Part shown: positions 25,607 through 37,533 of the stretch, piece by piece
Layout of the letters: each line of letters begins with the position of its first letter
How positions within the stretch are numbered: position 1 is the first letter of the stretch
Origin: Catajapyx aquilonaris
Lineage: Eukaryota
Length of the DNA stretch: 49,253 nucleotides
Assembly (NCBI GenBank): GCA_000934665.2
Contig: JYFJ02002895.1
Span: forward strand, 1-49,253
Direction: 5' to 3'
Made by a program: the position numbers and the translations under genes
The notes under the pieces: generated by a model
Seen by the model: only the letters and a program-made list of their open reading frames with translations
What the model was told of the DNA's origin: nothing
Database searches by the model: none

Positions 25607-27338
25607 GACGTCACGTCACTCGTCCGGATCAAAATCTGGCGCTTCTTATGAAAACAGGTGCTCTGCATGGGGAAACGGGCTTTGTGACTGCGATTTGAGA
25701 CGGAAAACTCGAGTGACGTGCCAGTGTACGGTGGATTCTTGGTGAGGGGGATGTGCCTAGTACTCACCCATCACTGTCGCCCACCACCGGAGTGCAAACG
25801 ACCGCAACGGACCAAATTGGACCTTCGGTCGCCTCGCCGCGCCGCTGCCCTGTCCTTCTAATCCGACATTTTTTGCCGGAATATATGAACTTTGAGCCTA
25901 AATCGATTTTTCCCACGTTCTAGGCGCCTTATGGAGTTTTTCCAGCGTTGGAGAAACTACCAAAAGTTTCGGGTAATTTTTGTACAGTCGCGCAAAGTTT
26001 TAAAAACGGCGTAAATGAAAATCGCGTATTTACGGAGTATCTGATGGGGTGTGGTAGTCACTTTGGTGTCATTTCCCAGGTTTTAAGGGTCGAGGAACTC
26101 AATTATGGCATTTCCAAAAAAAAACAGTTCGTTTTCCGGAGCGCGTGAGTTCCGAACAGAACTGGTTGTCGTCTACCGCCATCCACTTCTTCTTCGATGA
26201 TGATAAAGTTAAGATGTTTGCACATTTTACAGAGTTCTGGTGTTTCAATGGCCTCATCTGTAGTCAATCAAACACTTACTGACCATTCCCTATCATACGT
26301 GCCCTATCATATTGCATCTTGCATGTTGTTCAGTTGTTGGAGTAATGCGATGGAGTAATTCCAACACGTGACGTGCTGAGAAAAAATTATTGCAATGTTT
26401 TCTCTGCTATTATCCTAGCTTATAAAATAAGTAACGAGCTGAAAAGAGAAGAGCTTCTTCCTAGTGATGTACAGTACACTGTACTCCCGATTATCCGAAT
26501 GCAGATTATCCGGGCATCGCCAAAATACAAAAAAATTAAACAATAAAAGTTAGTCCGAAAAATGTCGATATTTCTGGCAAACAGAAAAATTCCAGAGACT
26601 TTTTCTAGAAGGCAAACTAAAGATATACCGTATGTAAAGTATTTTATTATTAATATTAAACCTTATTTAAAGCCGCATACACCATGTAGAGACTAATAAT
26701 ATATAATAATTTACCCCGTCATAGAGCCATTGGCTCTCTTAGGGGGGGAGTTCATCCCATTTTTTTGTCAGGAACTATTTGCTTTTTACTTTTTGATTCG
26801 CTTTTTGGGAAGGGATAGGGATGGAAGGAAGCGGCTGTGGCCTGTTAATTATGGAAACAACTCCGGAATTTTCCTGGAGGGACCGTGGGAACCACAGAAA
26901 ACCACGTTCAGAGTTGCCGGCCCCGGGATTTGATCCCAGGACCTACACCAACCTGCTTCGGTAAACCATGTAGACTACATAGTATAGTAGTTAAAAACCT
27001 GTGAATAGCTCATTATTATGATGTTAATGACCATTTGCCGATTATCCGTGGCTTCCGATTATCCAGCGACACCCGTGCAGTTATTATCCCGGATAATCGG
27101 GAGTACAATGTAATTTTTACGTAGATTCCATTTGGTGCATACTTCAGAAATGACAGAAGTTAGGGCGGCAGTGATGGCTGAGCACTGGTCACATCCCCCT
27201 CACCAAGAATCCACCGTACACTGGCATGTCACTCGAGTTTTCCGTCTCAAATCGCAGTTCGCAAAGCCCGTTTCCCCATACTATACAGAGCGCCTGTTTT
27301 CATAATAAGCGCCAGTTTTGTCATCCAGGTGACGTCAC
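25607..27338. repeat. ~175-bp inverted repeat pair (25607-25782 / 27162-27338)
   Basis: Long reverse-complement identity, e.g. gatttgagacggaaaactcgagtgac / gtcactcgagttttccgtctcaaatc. Confidence 0.85.
26477..27110. mobile_element. Tc1/mariner (pogo-like) MITE carrying a SINE B insertion (~26696-26962, minus)
   Basis: TA|cactgtactcccgattatccg...cggataatcgggagtacaatg|TA; uninterrupted homolog at 44744-45076. Confidence 0.8.
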
Positions 27339-28232
27339 ATACTGCTGGGCGAGGCACTACCTAGTACACTACGCTTCCTTGTTTCTTAGGTTCCTCTCCT
27401 CATGTCTTCCTTCTACCCTGAGTGAGGTGAAACAGGGTCACCAGGTGACACCACTAGAGACCAGACAGGCAGGCAGACAGGGAAGAAAGAATCCCATCGC
27501 GATCGCATCGCGTCGTCCAGGGGTCTTCGCTTCCTTGCAGTTGGATTTTTCAGTGCAACTCCTGGAACTGTTAGTGCAGTGCGAGGAAGGTCGAGAGGAT
27601 ACCACATGCCACTCTCCTTTACAAGTAAGGATTTTGACATTTCAGGCAGTGCCATCAGCCACAAGCCCATAACGTTCATATACTACTTTTGCATTTACAG
27701 GCCAACCCATTGTCAAGATTCACTCACTGTCAGCTTCATTCACGCCCACCGCTTTTGTTTCTGGTAGAGTGTGGCCCAGGGACACGAAGGGAAACCAGTA
27801 ATACGAAGAGATCGGCAATTATTAGCAGCTTTCTGAACAAGTTTGTAAGTAAGATAATTAGCCTCATTGAGAGAGGTATCTATCAACTATCATTAGGTGC
27901 TAGAAAATGGTTCAGCCACTGAAGATGTACCGGTTTATTGAGGTTTGCCCCAGGTTTTTCCATGGGCTCCTGCATAAGAACTTGGGAATACCTGAAGTTC
28001 AGAAGTTGGACTGGATTGCAAGGCAATGCTTTAGCTCAACGACCATGATGTTATTACTGGGGCCAAAATTAGAATCGATTAGAATTAAAATTAAATGGGG
28101 GGTTGGAAATATGATTATGTATTGTGCATGCCAGTGCAAGGAACTTGGCAACATTGTGAATTTTATTACAAAGTAAGCAAAAGCAGCCTGAAAAACACTT
28201 ATTACATTAGACCGGGGGAGGTTTGGTTTAGT

Positions 28233-28234
<2 letters not shown>

Positions 28235-28283
<49 letters not shown>

Positions 28284-28576
28284 TTGATACCCCATTATCA
28301 GCCAACCGGGCTTTTCTAGGGGGGGGATTTCTCCCAATTTTTTTTTTGTCTGGAACTCCTTCCATTTTTACTACTTTTTCATCGGAATAAGGCAAGGATA
28401 GGGAAGGAAGGAAGCCGCTGTGGCCCATGATTACGGTAACGACCCTAGAATTATCCTGCGAGGGCCATGGGAAACCACAGAAAACCATGGTCAGGGTCGC
28501 CGGCCTCCGGGATTCGAACCTAGGACCTCCCGATTAGCAGTCGGACACCATACCATTCCACCACTACTGCTTCGGT
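28235..28576 (-). mobile_element. SINE family B
   Basis: 15-bp TSD ggtttggtttagtta; (TTA)n tail; class-1 stem-loop. Confidence 0.9.
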
Positions 28577-28853
28577 GGTTTGGTTTAGTTAATGTCAGAT
28601 AGAATGGGTTAGGTAAGGGTAGGTTTAGGAAAGCCAATTACCTGATGTGATGCTGTGTATGACCTGCAATATTGTTTTCACTTGAGGCAGTCAGAATAAT
28701 ATTGAATAGCTAGGTTTTATGCCCATATCTTGTAAATAGCTTAATAACACTCTCCTTACAAAGTATGTGTTTTGCTAAAAAGTGCATCAAAAATGGCACC
28801 AGCTGTAAAAGCAGTATGGAGTGCATGTAGGTAATACAAGGACATGGCACATA

Positions 28854-29433
28854 CGAGGGGCATTCGGAAAGTCTTTACTTTACTTTTTTGCCAAAAATAC
28901 AGGGCCCGTTCAGGTCGGCAGATAGGCACACATTATCGATAGAACCCTTTTGGAGCCGAATGCACAGAAGTCATGGGTGTGGAACATCTCCAGGTCCTCC
29001 TGGAACCACTTTTGGATCTGCGGCATACCTACTCCCGGACTACTGCTCACAGTCAACAACTGTCAGACAATGTCCTGGGAATGGCGTCGGCGAAGGGTTT
29101 TTTCCCGTGGATTTGGCTTTGGGTACTTCCACACTCGCTATTCTCCCCCAGCCTGGCCCCCAGTGACTTTCAACTGTTCGGAATCATGAAAAAACCCTTT
29201 CGCCAATGCCATTTCGAGAACATTGTTGAACAGGAAGCAGTTGTCTGGGAGTGGGTGCATCGCCCCTCCAAAAAGTGGTTCCTGGAGGGCTTGGAGAGGT
29301 TTACACACCTGTGGTGCCAGTGCATTTGGCTCCAGGAGGGTTCTATTGATAATGTGGACCTATTTGCCGACCTGCATGGGCGCTGTGTCAGTGACAAAAA
29401 AATAAAGTGTAAATACTTTCGGAACACTGCTCG
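28854..29433. mobile_element. Mariner-derived foldback element (inverted duplication of the transposase 3' end)
   Basis: TA|cgaggggcattcggaaagt...actttcggaacactgctcg|TA; peptide PHSLFSPSLAPSDFQLFG...EGLERFTHLWCQCI resembles the mariner YSPDLAPSD C-terminus; 28854-29106 is a diverged reverse complement of 29188-29433. Confidence 0.85.
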
Positions 29434-30413
29434 TACAAAGAATGAACTATATCCCAGACTGGCTTACCTTTGGATGAGATTACATTGCTTCTGTAATGCT
29501 GTGTCCTGATTTATAGGTCCTACAAACAGCCAGAAAAGCAGCATGCATGCAACGTGCAAGTGATGCTCATAGGCCTACATTGGCAAATCCCTTCCCGGCA
29601 AAACTTTCCTGAATTGTACAAAGTTGTTTGGTATTCACTACTGTTCCCTATTCATAGTCAGTGTTCTTGGACACCCAAAAGACTGCCAACAAGCTATGAA
29701 TGATGGACTCAGGTGCATCAATTTGAAAATGTTAAGGGACTGTAAATTCGTTTCCTAGTTAGTATTGTCAAATAGAGCAGATATTTGTTTATTGCAGAAA
29801 ATACGAGGGGCATCCAGAAAGTAACTTCCGTTTTTAAATTAGAAAAACACCAATACACCCCAGAATTTTCATTATATTTATACAACAACAACAACAACAA
29901 CATCACGATATTTCCCTATGAGGGGTAGTCAGCGATGAAGGGAGACGCAAGCTAACCCAACATATGAACTAATAAAACTCATGAGAATAAACCTAAAAAC
30001 AACCTCTCCCACCCCCCACCCCTGCCCACCTCAGACATCACCTTATCCTCAGACAAATTTACCTATTTACCCATTAATTAACCTACGCCATTTACTCCTA
30101 TCCAAACAAACAACCCTAGCCTCAGCCACGTTATTATGTTAGGCTCAAACCCCGAAATCGGCCATCGGGCGAAAAAAACGTCCAGATTGCGGAATGCTCC
30201 TTTTCAAACCATCCATTCCACGAATTGGATGTTTTAAAACGCCCAGACCCTGAAATCTTTTTGAAAAGGCCAGAAGGCTTTCCTGGAATAAACTTAAACG
30301 TCAGGACGCCAATTTCATGTCTTGATGGGTGGTTTAGAAGATGCCCATAACTCGTTGTGGCAGTTTCTGGTTTCCCACTATCCCATGTAGATGATGGAAA
30401 TAAATCACCCTAT

Positions 30414-30545
30414 TCTGCCATCAGATGTAAGAAGACCATAACTCAAAAACTAGTAAGGGTGAAAGTCACAAGCATATGCCCTGCATATGCATGCGACTTT
30501 CAACCTTACTAGTTTATGAGTTGCAGTCTTCTTACATGACGGCCG
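30414..30545. mobile_element. Palindromic MITE (family F2, copy 2)
   Basis: Homologous to 1370-1533 with a shorter centre. Confidence 0.7.
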
Positions 30546-30917
30546 TATTGTTGTTTGGCAAATGGTTGAAATACGTAACATTTGATGATCCTGTTTATTT
30601 TCCAGGAACTATTACCTTTATCATAAGAGGTGGGATTCCAATGTCCCCTAGGTCCATTTGTGTCCTTTTCAGATTTGAGATTTTGTTGTCATAAAGTATA
30701 TGGACTTACAAGGTATACATGGCTTTGGAAAAATCCTCCGATTTCCATGCTTGGACCTAGGGACATTTGGTGTATTTTGACCTCAGGATGATGTGGGGAG
30801 TACCATAAGCTACCAATTGTTGTCCTCAGCTAATTTTTCTTGAAAATGGACTTCGGGGACTTTGGAATCTGGCTAGCTAGCGTTCTCACAGGCACCGTCA
30901 GTCACACTTAGAATAGA

Positions 30918-31030
30918 ACATTTAATATTACTTGAACGGCATTTACATTTCTTATTTACATTTAGTATTACTAGAACGGCATTTACATTTCTTATTTACA
31001 TTTAGTATTACTAGAACGACATTTACATTA
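30918..31030. repeat. ~40-bp tandem repeat, ~2.7 units
   Basis: acatttagtattactagaacggcatttacatttcttattt units. Confidence 0.8.
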
Positions 31031-31471
31031 TTTATCAATGTAATACTTTTTGCAACTGCAACTATTGGATTGCCAGCGACGATAAGACTTTTTCAATGAG
31101 AAAAAAGTCTAAAAGGGGTATAGGGGAGAATCATTCAAACCCTTTTATAGGGCTGAAATTCTATCCATAATGTTTAATTTGCTCATTTTTAGATTGGAGA
31201 GTGCATCAAATTTCAATGTGATACATAAGATCTTGCACAGATTTACACAAGCTGACAAAGGTGACATGGCATAGCAGAAATATATTTTTGTACATCTCAG
31301 CAGCATTGAAAAAGCTGAATTAACCTTAACAAGAAGATGGGAATTTCTCCAGTGTAATAGGCATGCAGGAGGTTTTGGGTTAGTGTGTGCAACCTCTTAG
31401 GAAGGCCAGACCTTTCACATCCAAGATAGTGGTAGGTCATTGCTTAAAAAGTTTATTGCCTTCATTACAGG

Positions 31472-32467
31472 ATGATGTCCCAGCAAGTAGTAGATGTTGG
31501 CCATATGCGAGCAGTCCCATCAGCATGCATGGAATGGCCCATCCAACATTTTTCAATCAACATGGATTTGGACAAGCCATTACGTTCTCCATGGTTTTCA
31601 ACCTACCCTGAGATTCACTGCTGTTGGAGAATGGCTGTTATCCAATTGACATCAGCGAAACCGTATTTCTCTGTATACGTTTGGTACTCTTCTCCAGGAA
31701 AGGAAGATGACAAAGTTGTTATGTTACTTGAGCTGGGGATTATAAACAAAGGCCTTGAAACTTGTAATGTTCAGAAGAAGAAGGTGAATCCTTCAACCGG
31801 AGGTATTCTCTTCACAAATTTTCAGATTCTTGAGCATCTGCTCCTTAAATCAGATGAGTGGATGCCAAATAACACTTTAACTTTGCAATTGAAGGTCATG
31901 TGGCACCATCCCAGTACCATTGCTCCATCATTTATGAAACTGGGAAATGACATGCTCCAGTTGTATACATCTAGAAACCTCACAGATGTAACACTTGTGT
32001 CCAAGGACAACAAGGAAATTTGTGCCCATAAGGCAGTCCTTGGTGCTCGAAGTGGAGTATTTGCTGCCATGTTCAGCAATGACATGATGGAGAAGAAAAC
32101 TGGTAAGGTAGAGATCAGAGACTTTGATGCAGATGTTCTTGAGGAGATGCTGTACTATATGTACACTGATGAGCAGCCTAAAAATTTGTTCACTTTGGGA
32201 GCTGAAATTCTTGTTGCTGCTGACAAGTATGATGTGGCAGGGCTTAAGAGAATGTGTGAAAATTCTCTCATGCAGTCACTATCACTTGAAAAAATAGTTC
32301 CAACTATAAATATTGCTATGCAAGGCAATTCTGAAAAGTTGAAGCAGTATTGTGTTCAGAATGCTGTGAAATCACTTCCAGCGTGGAAGACTAGCGCCTA
32401 TTGGAAGGATGCCTCAACCCTTCCTCCTGACATATTGGTTGAAATACTTGGGGCAACAGTGAAGTAA
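31472..32467 (+). CDS. SPOP/roadkill-like MATH-BTB (TD and POZ) protein, CDS in a single exon
   Basis: 331-aa ORF. BTB motifs DVTLV...AHKAVLGARSGVFAAMF...EIRDFDADVLEEMLYYMYT...AADKYDVAGLKRMCE; N-terminal divergent MATH-like region ending in WMPNNTLTLQLKV. Splice acceptor ttcattacag at 31470 directly before the ATG. Confidence 0.88.
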   Translation: MMSQQVVDVGHMRAVPSACMEWPIQHFSINMDLDKPLRSPWFSTYPEIHCCWRMAVIQLTSAKPYFSVYVWYSSPGKEDDKVVMLLELGIINKGLETCNVQKKKVNPSTGGILFTNFQILEHLLLKSDEWMPNNTLTLQLKVMWHHPSTIAPSFMKLGNDMLQLYTSRNLTDVTLVSKDNKEICAHKAVLGARSGVFAAMFSNDMMEKKTGKVEIRDFDADVLEEMLYYMYTDEQPKNLFTLGAEILVAADKYDVAGLKRMCENSLMQSLSLEKIVPTINIAMQGNSEKLKQYCVQNAVKSLPAWKTSAYWKDASTLPPDILVEILGATVK

Positions 32468-33010
32468 TAAGTGCTCCTCAAGGGAATACTATGGGCATGG
32501 AAAAGTTCTGGACAGTTGAGGGAGGCTGAGGGTTATGCTGGCCCCCAATCGAGTGGGCTAGGCGACACTTGTGCAAGTTAGAGATGTATTATTTTTTGAG
32601 AGAGAAGTGTCTATGATCGGAGTACTTTTCTCTTAAAAAAATAATCTCCGACTTGCACAAGTTTTGGTTTGGTTTATTTGGAAGAAGCCAAAGCAACTGT
32701 GGCTATCTGGCTGTAAGAAGAAGCAAAGGTGGGACAGATGGAGGGAGAAACGAAGACATTTCGAAGACACTTCATTGGCGGCCAACATAACCCTAAGTCT
32801 ACCTCCAAGTGTTCCTACCATTTTTGTGCCAATAGTACATTAACCTTGAGAGAAGGTTGTTCCAGGACACAGTGTGTCCAACCGCGAGAACACTTGGACA
32901 AAAATGGTAAAACCAAGTTGGCAGAGTCATGTCAAATCTGCCATAATGTAAGAAATTAATGTCTGAACAATAATAAAAAAACCCTTGGTAGGTTCAATTG
33001 AGATGCGTTT

Positions 33011-33321
33011 GGGGAGGCGGAGTGGTGCTGCGGTAACGCACGCGCCCACGGATGTTATGGTCCCGGGTTCGATCCCAACCCAGGGTTCCCCCCTTCATCT
33101 CGTGCAGAGTTGGGCCATCTCGGGCTTCGTCTCGGGTGGAAATTTCCCCTAGACTAATCCACCCGGGGGAGTTCACAAAATGACCAATATGCAACATTGC
33201 ACTCTCACTTTGCACATCCCCTCCTACTTACCCTTGGAACAATTAACTTATACACATTATATGGTTCCAAAAAATAGTGGTGTTCCACTCCCCTAAAAAG
33301 GGCCCAAGGCCTGAGGGGTAC
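33011..33321 (+). mobile_element. SINE family A with class-1 tail
   Basis: Family-A head and body followed by cccctaaaaagggcccaaggcctgaggggta. Confidence 0.85.
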
Positions 33322-34680
33322 TGTAAAAAAAAAGAGATGCGTTTTATGCCAGGCAGGTACTCAAGTCGAGTGTTCGCCTGCCACCTTTTGTGTCTATTCA
33401 GTCGGCTTCGAATGGTCATGGAAGAAAGGTCACCGCATTTCCAAATTCAGGCTCATCCGGATTTTAAGCTGTGCATAAAATACCTTTGGCTAAGTACTAC
33501 TTACCCTCATGTAGCAATTTGAATGTGACCGCGAAATATTGGTGCCAGGCACTCCTTTGTTGAGGCCTCCATCACGCATATTTGTCACGTCATTGATTTG
33601 ATTTCAAAGACGAAACGAAAAGGATTTCACAATATTTCACTTCGAATCTCACATTAAACGAAGACTAGACTGCCTAGTTATAGGGTGCATTTACACTAGC
33701 GGGTGAAACGCGTTTGGAGCCCGTTTGGATGACGTCAGAGACGCGGTCAGGAGCAGTTACACTAGGGACGTGGTGGGAGCCCGTTCCCTGAAACACGGTT
33801 CTTCCAGATGCAGTCGGGAGTGTGTTAGGAGGGAGTGAGACGTGACTCCGGTGGTGCGCGTACTGTATCTCGGTACCATAGTCTGGGCGCTGGGTGCCTT
33901 CGCATGGTCAGAGAAAGAGACGAAGGATGTCAGCGTGATGCATTTCAGAAGTAGCAGTGGCGGTTGCTTTTTTTCTTTATCTTTCAGTGCAATAATAGTC
34001 AGAAAAATACAATTAGCAAGGTCTTTGGCTTCCCAAACACCAGGGCTATTATTTTGTATTTAATTTCATTCAGTGCACAATATTATCATGCCAATCCATG
34101 CCGGGTAATCGTAATGTACTGTACTATACTGCATATACACTGTAGTGTATTACGATTTTTTAATTTTTGTATCTGAGACTATACGTCATACCTGCAATGA
34201 GCTTCTCTCCATCAATAATGATGATTAACTATTGCAAACATTCGAGTATTACACAGAGATAAACCTAGCTCTGTCGGTAACCTGTTACCTGTAGGCCGGG
34301 TTGCACAACTGAAGATTTTACTACAGAAAATACGTAGTAGGCTACAAATAAGTAGGGATTTTCCTAAAGAACCGGGGTTTTATCATAAACCGGTGGGTGA
34401 AACTGTCCCTCATCCATTGTTGTGATCAAATTCATAGGTTCACTAATTTCGAATTGAGAACAATTCTTAAGTCAATTCATTTCCGAAATAAACGCAATCC
34501 ACAGCTCAATTCAAGTCAGTTCTGCATTCCAAGGAAATTTAATGCAAGCATTTAGAATTATTCAATCAATAACAACGTTATCAACCACAATTACGTACAA
34601 GTCAGAATGTTGTAATTCTCATTACAATTCCATTCATCAGTTTGGAATTAATTCCGAATTAATGCAAGTCCATAGCACTA

Positions 34681-35155
34681 CCCAACAAACGCACTTGGTG
34701 GCGAAATGGTGCCAAAAGTTTAAATATGCAGTACCAAGACGGAAAGGATTTGCCACTTTTACCAGAGCGGTTAGGATACCACTGGTCTGTCTGTATCTAA
34801 CTGGAGATGAAATAATACCGGTATGTTACTGGATAACAAGTACTGATGATTTTGGGTGGTAATCAGTACCTAACCGGTGCCTTTACTTTGTCACTTATAT
34901 TGGTGCCAAGTTTTCGTTGCTATTATGGCATTTGACTGGTGCTGGAAAATTTGCTTTATTAAATCAGTTACACAAATGACACCAAAACGGCGCAGACACC
35001 TAGGTATCTTAATGTAGTCGCCATTTCGGCATCAAATCGTCCAGGGCCGGTATCCCATCGGCAATGGTAAAAGTGGCAAATCCTTGCCGTCTTGGTTCCG
35101 CAATCCGCATATTTAAACATTTGGCACAATTTCGCCACCAAGTGTGTTTGTTGGG
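34681..35155. mobile_element. Nested TIR element (CCC termini, TA duplication)
   Basis: ~80-bp TIRs cccaacaaacgcacttggtggcgaaat.../...atttcgccaccaagtgtgtttgttggg. Confidence 0.8.
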
Positions 35156-35233
35156 TATAGTGAATTGTGATCATCACTCATACTAATTCATGAGCAGCTC
35201 ACAGATGGCAGCGTGAGCTGATCACGTCTAGAA

Positions 35234-35338
35234 ATCGCGTCTTAGTGTAACACCACTGTCAGGTCATCGCGTCTTAGTGTAACACCACTGTCAGGTCATC
35301 GCGTCTTAGTGTAACACCACTGTCAGGTCATCGCGTCT
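35234..35338. repeat. 32-bp perfect tandem repeat x3.3
   Basis: atcgcgtcttagtgtaacaccactgtcaggtc, subterminal in the Harbinger-like element. Confidence 0.9.
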
Positions 35339-35423
35339 CAAAACCGGTTTCAACCGCGTTCGGGAGGAGCACGTCTGCACCGCGGTCTCTAGTGTAAATG
35401 CACCCATAGACTCACTTCGTTTC

Positions 35424-35679
35424 AGAGGGCAACACGATGGCGGAGTGGTTAGCGCCGCAGCCTTCCACCTCTAAGGACCCGAGTTCGATCCCCGAGTCGG
35501 ACGGAGGATTCTTATGTGGATAGAGTTTCGATGGTTTCTCTCCGTGTTCGTGTGGGTTTTCTTGGGGTTCTCCCGTTTCCTCCCGCTATCAAAATCCATC
35601 ACAGCGCAGGCAATGATTAAAGTCGGTTAAATAAAAGATTATCCCCTAAGAGGCCCAAGGAGGCTTAGCACGGGGTATC

Positions 35680-35754
<75 letters not shown>

Positions 35755-35813
35755 CATTATTGTTGTTATTATTATTATTATTATTATTATCATTATTATT
35801 GTTGTTGTTGTTG

Positions 35814-35870
<57 letters not shown>
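35424..35870 (+). mobile_element. tRNA-derived SINE family E with V-domain-like core and long (TTA)n tail
   Basis: Head tggcggagtggttagcg...gagttcgatccc; core gagtttcgatggtttctctccgtgttcgtgtgggttttcttggggttctcccgtttcctccc; class-1 tail; degenerate copy at ~43010-43150. Confidence 0.8.
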
Positions 35871-35875
<5 letters not shown>

Positions 35876-36189
35876 TAGGGTACTCACTTCGTTTCAATAC
35901 CACATAATGCCACATTTTTTCCAAAAAGGGGGCAGCATTTGTCATGCTACTCCAACAAAAGTTGCAATTATGTGCACTTAAAACTAAGTGAATCTATAAC
36001 AAGGGAATCTAGTCATTCATTTGGTGTGTCATTCAAAGGGAAACTTGTGAAATTCACTACTATTCATCTTGAAAATCAGAGGAATATCGTGACCTTCGTG
36101 ACAAATCCGCGCGGAATGGAAGCCATTTTTGTCCAAGCATTTCCGCATTTGGACACACTGTGCAGGATCAGGAAAACTAATTTATTATA

Positions 36190-37243
36190 TAGCATGTTAG
36201 TATGTGATCTGAGGAGCCTCAAGTAAACGATTTTTAAAGCACTGATGCCCCCAGGCACACAGCCTAGTATTTTATTGATTACTGAGTGAACTCATTCAAT
36301 ATGTAATATTGTGGGCGTATAAGAGAAATCCAAGTCCAATTTAGGCAGGTTTGAGTTATTTACACCACTAAGGGCCACTTGCATGAATATGAGTTTAAGG
36401 TTTGAGGTTAACTATGGAGTTAGTCCACATGTAAACAAGAGGTGACCCTATAGTTAACCTTAACTGGTGTTCCTACAACTGCCCCCAAGTAGCATTTTTT
36501 GTGCTCAATCACCTTGTGAAGTCCATTTAGCCCTAAAGAACAAGCCAGCATGTCATAATTTTCTGCATTCACTAGCATGTAAACAAATACAAGGTCAAAT
36601 GTTTGCTTAGGATCAACTCAATTGACTGGTTTTTTGGGCTTCGTGGATTTCTCTTGTATGCCCACAGTATGACATGCATTTATATTTTTTTACCTGCTGT
36701 TTGATGCTCATGCTCATTTTGAGATTTTCTCTGATCGTATATGAAATTACTTTCTGCAACAATACATACTTGTATATTTATTTATTACCCCAGTGGACTC
36801 AGTGGTCATTGGTAGGAGACAGCCAATGGCATCACAAAATTTTACAAGAGAAAAATGAAAAGCAAAAACAAAAGATTTACAACATCAGAGGTAGGCACAA
36901 AAAACCATTGATGGAATGCAAAACAGAACAAAAGCTCAAGGTAACCTTTCTGCAACAATATACCTAGTACTAAAGCAACAAGCTGCACTCCTGTTTTGGA
37001 TTGGGCAAGATATTTTAGGTGGAATAAGGGAAGGTTTTCATTATTAGGTTTATTAGTTTTTTTTATTTTGTAGCATGTTAGTAAGTGATCTGAGGAGCCT
37101 CAACTAACAGATTTTTAAAGCACTGATGCCCCCAAGCACATCCTAGTATTTTATTGACTACTGAGTGAACTCATTCAATACATAATATTGTGGGCATATA
37201 AGAGAAACCCACCTAGTCCAATTTGGCAGGTTTGAGTTGTTTT
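36190..37243. repeat. ~170-bp direct duplication (36190-36362 / 37071-37243)
   Basis: tagcatgttagta...gatctgaggagcctcaa...ggcaggtttgagtt present twice, ~880 bp apart. Confidence 0.85.
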
Positions 37244-37244
37244 T

Positions 37245-37533
37245 TTTTCTCTCTCCTTCTTTTTTGTTACCCCGTGATAGAGCTCGTGGCGCTCTTAGGG
37301 GGGAAGGGGAAGTTCCCAAGGGAGGGCGCCGTGCGATAGCCATTTCTGACATTCTTTAACACCAGGCCTTTTCTCCTGGCCCCGAGCAGAGAAGGGAGTG
37401 CAATTCTGCCCCGGCATGTCGGGTGAAAAGCGGAAAAAGACCCGGCCAAGCAGAGGTGACGGGGACGGGATTTGAACCCCGGCCTCCCACTTGGCTGGCC
37501 AGCGGCGTAACCGCTAGACCACCATGCCGTCCC
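37245..37533 (-). mobile_element. SINE family C
   Basis: Near-identical to the other C copies; head fragment also at ~43290-43342. Confidence 0.9.

Larger units (their letters stand above)
33683..35405. mobile_element. PIF/Harbinger-like non-autonomous element
   Basis: 17-bp TIR gggtgcatttacactag/ctagtgtaaatgcaccc; 3-bp TSD ATA. Confidence 0.75.

Noticed and set aside
28973..29509. 178-aa ORF as a functional transposase
   Set aside because: Only the C-terminal part; the N-terminal half is the antisense arm of the foldback
35234..35338. 32-bp repeats as a CRISPR
   Set aside because: Contiguous identical units with no spacers, inside a TIR element
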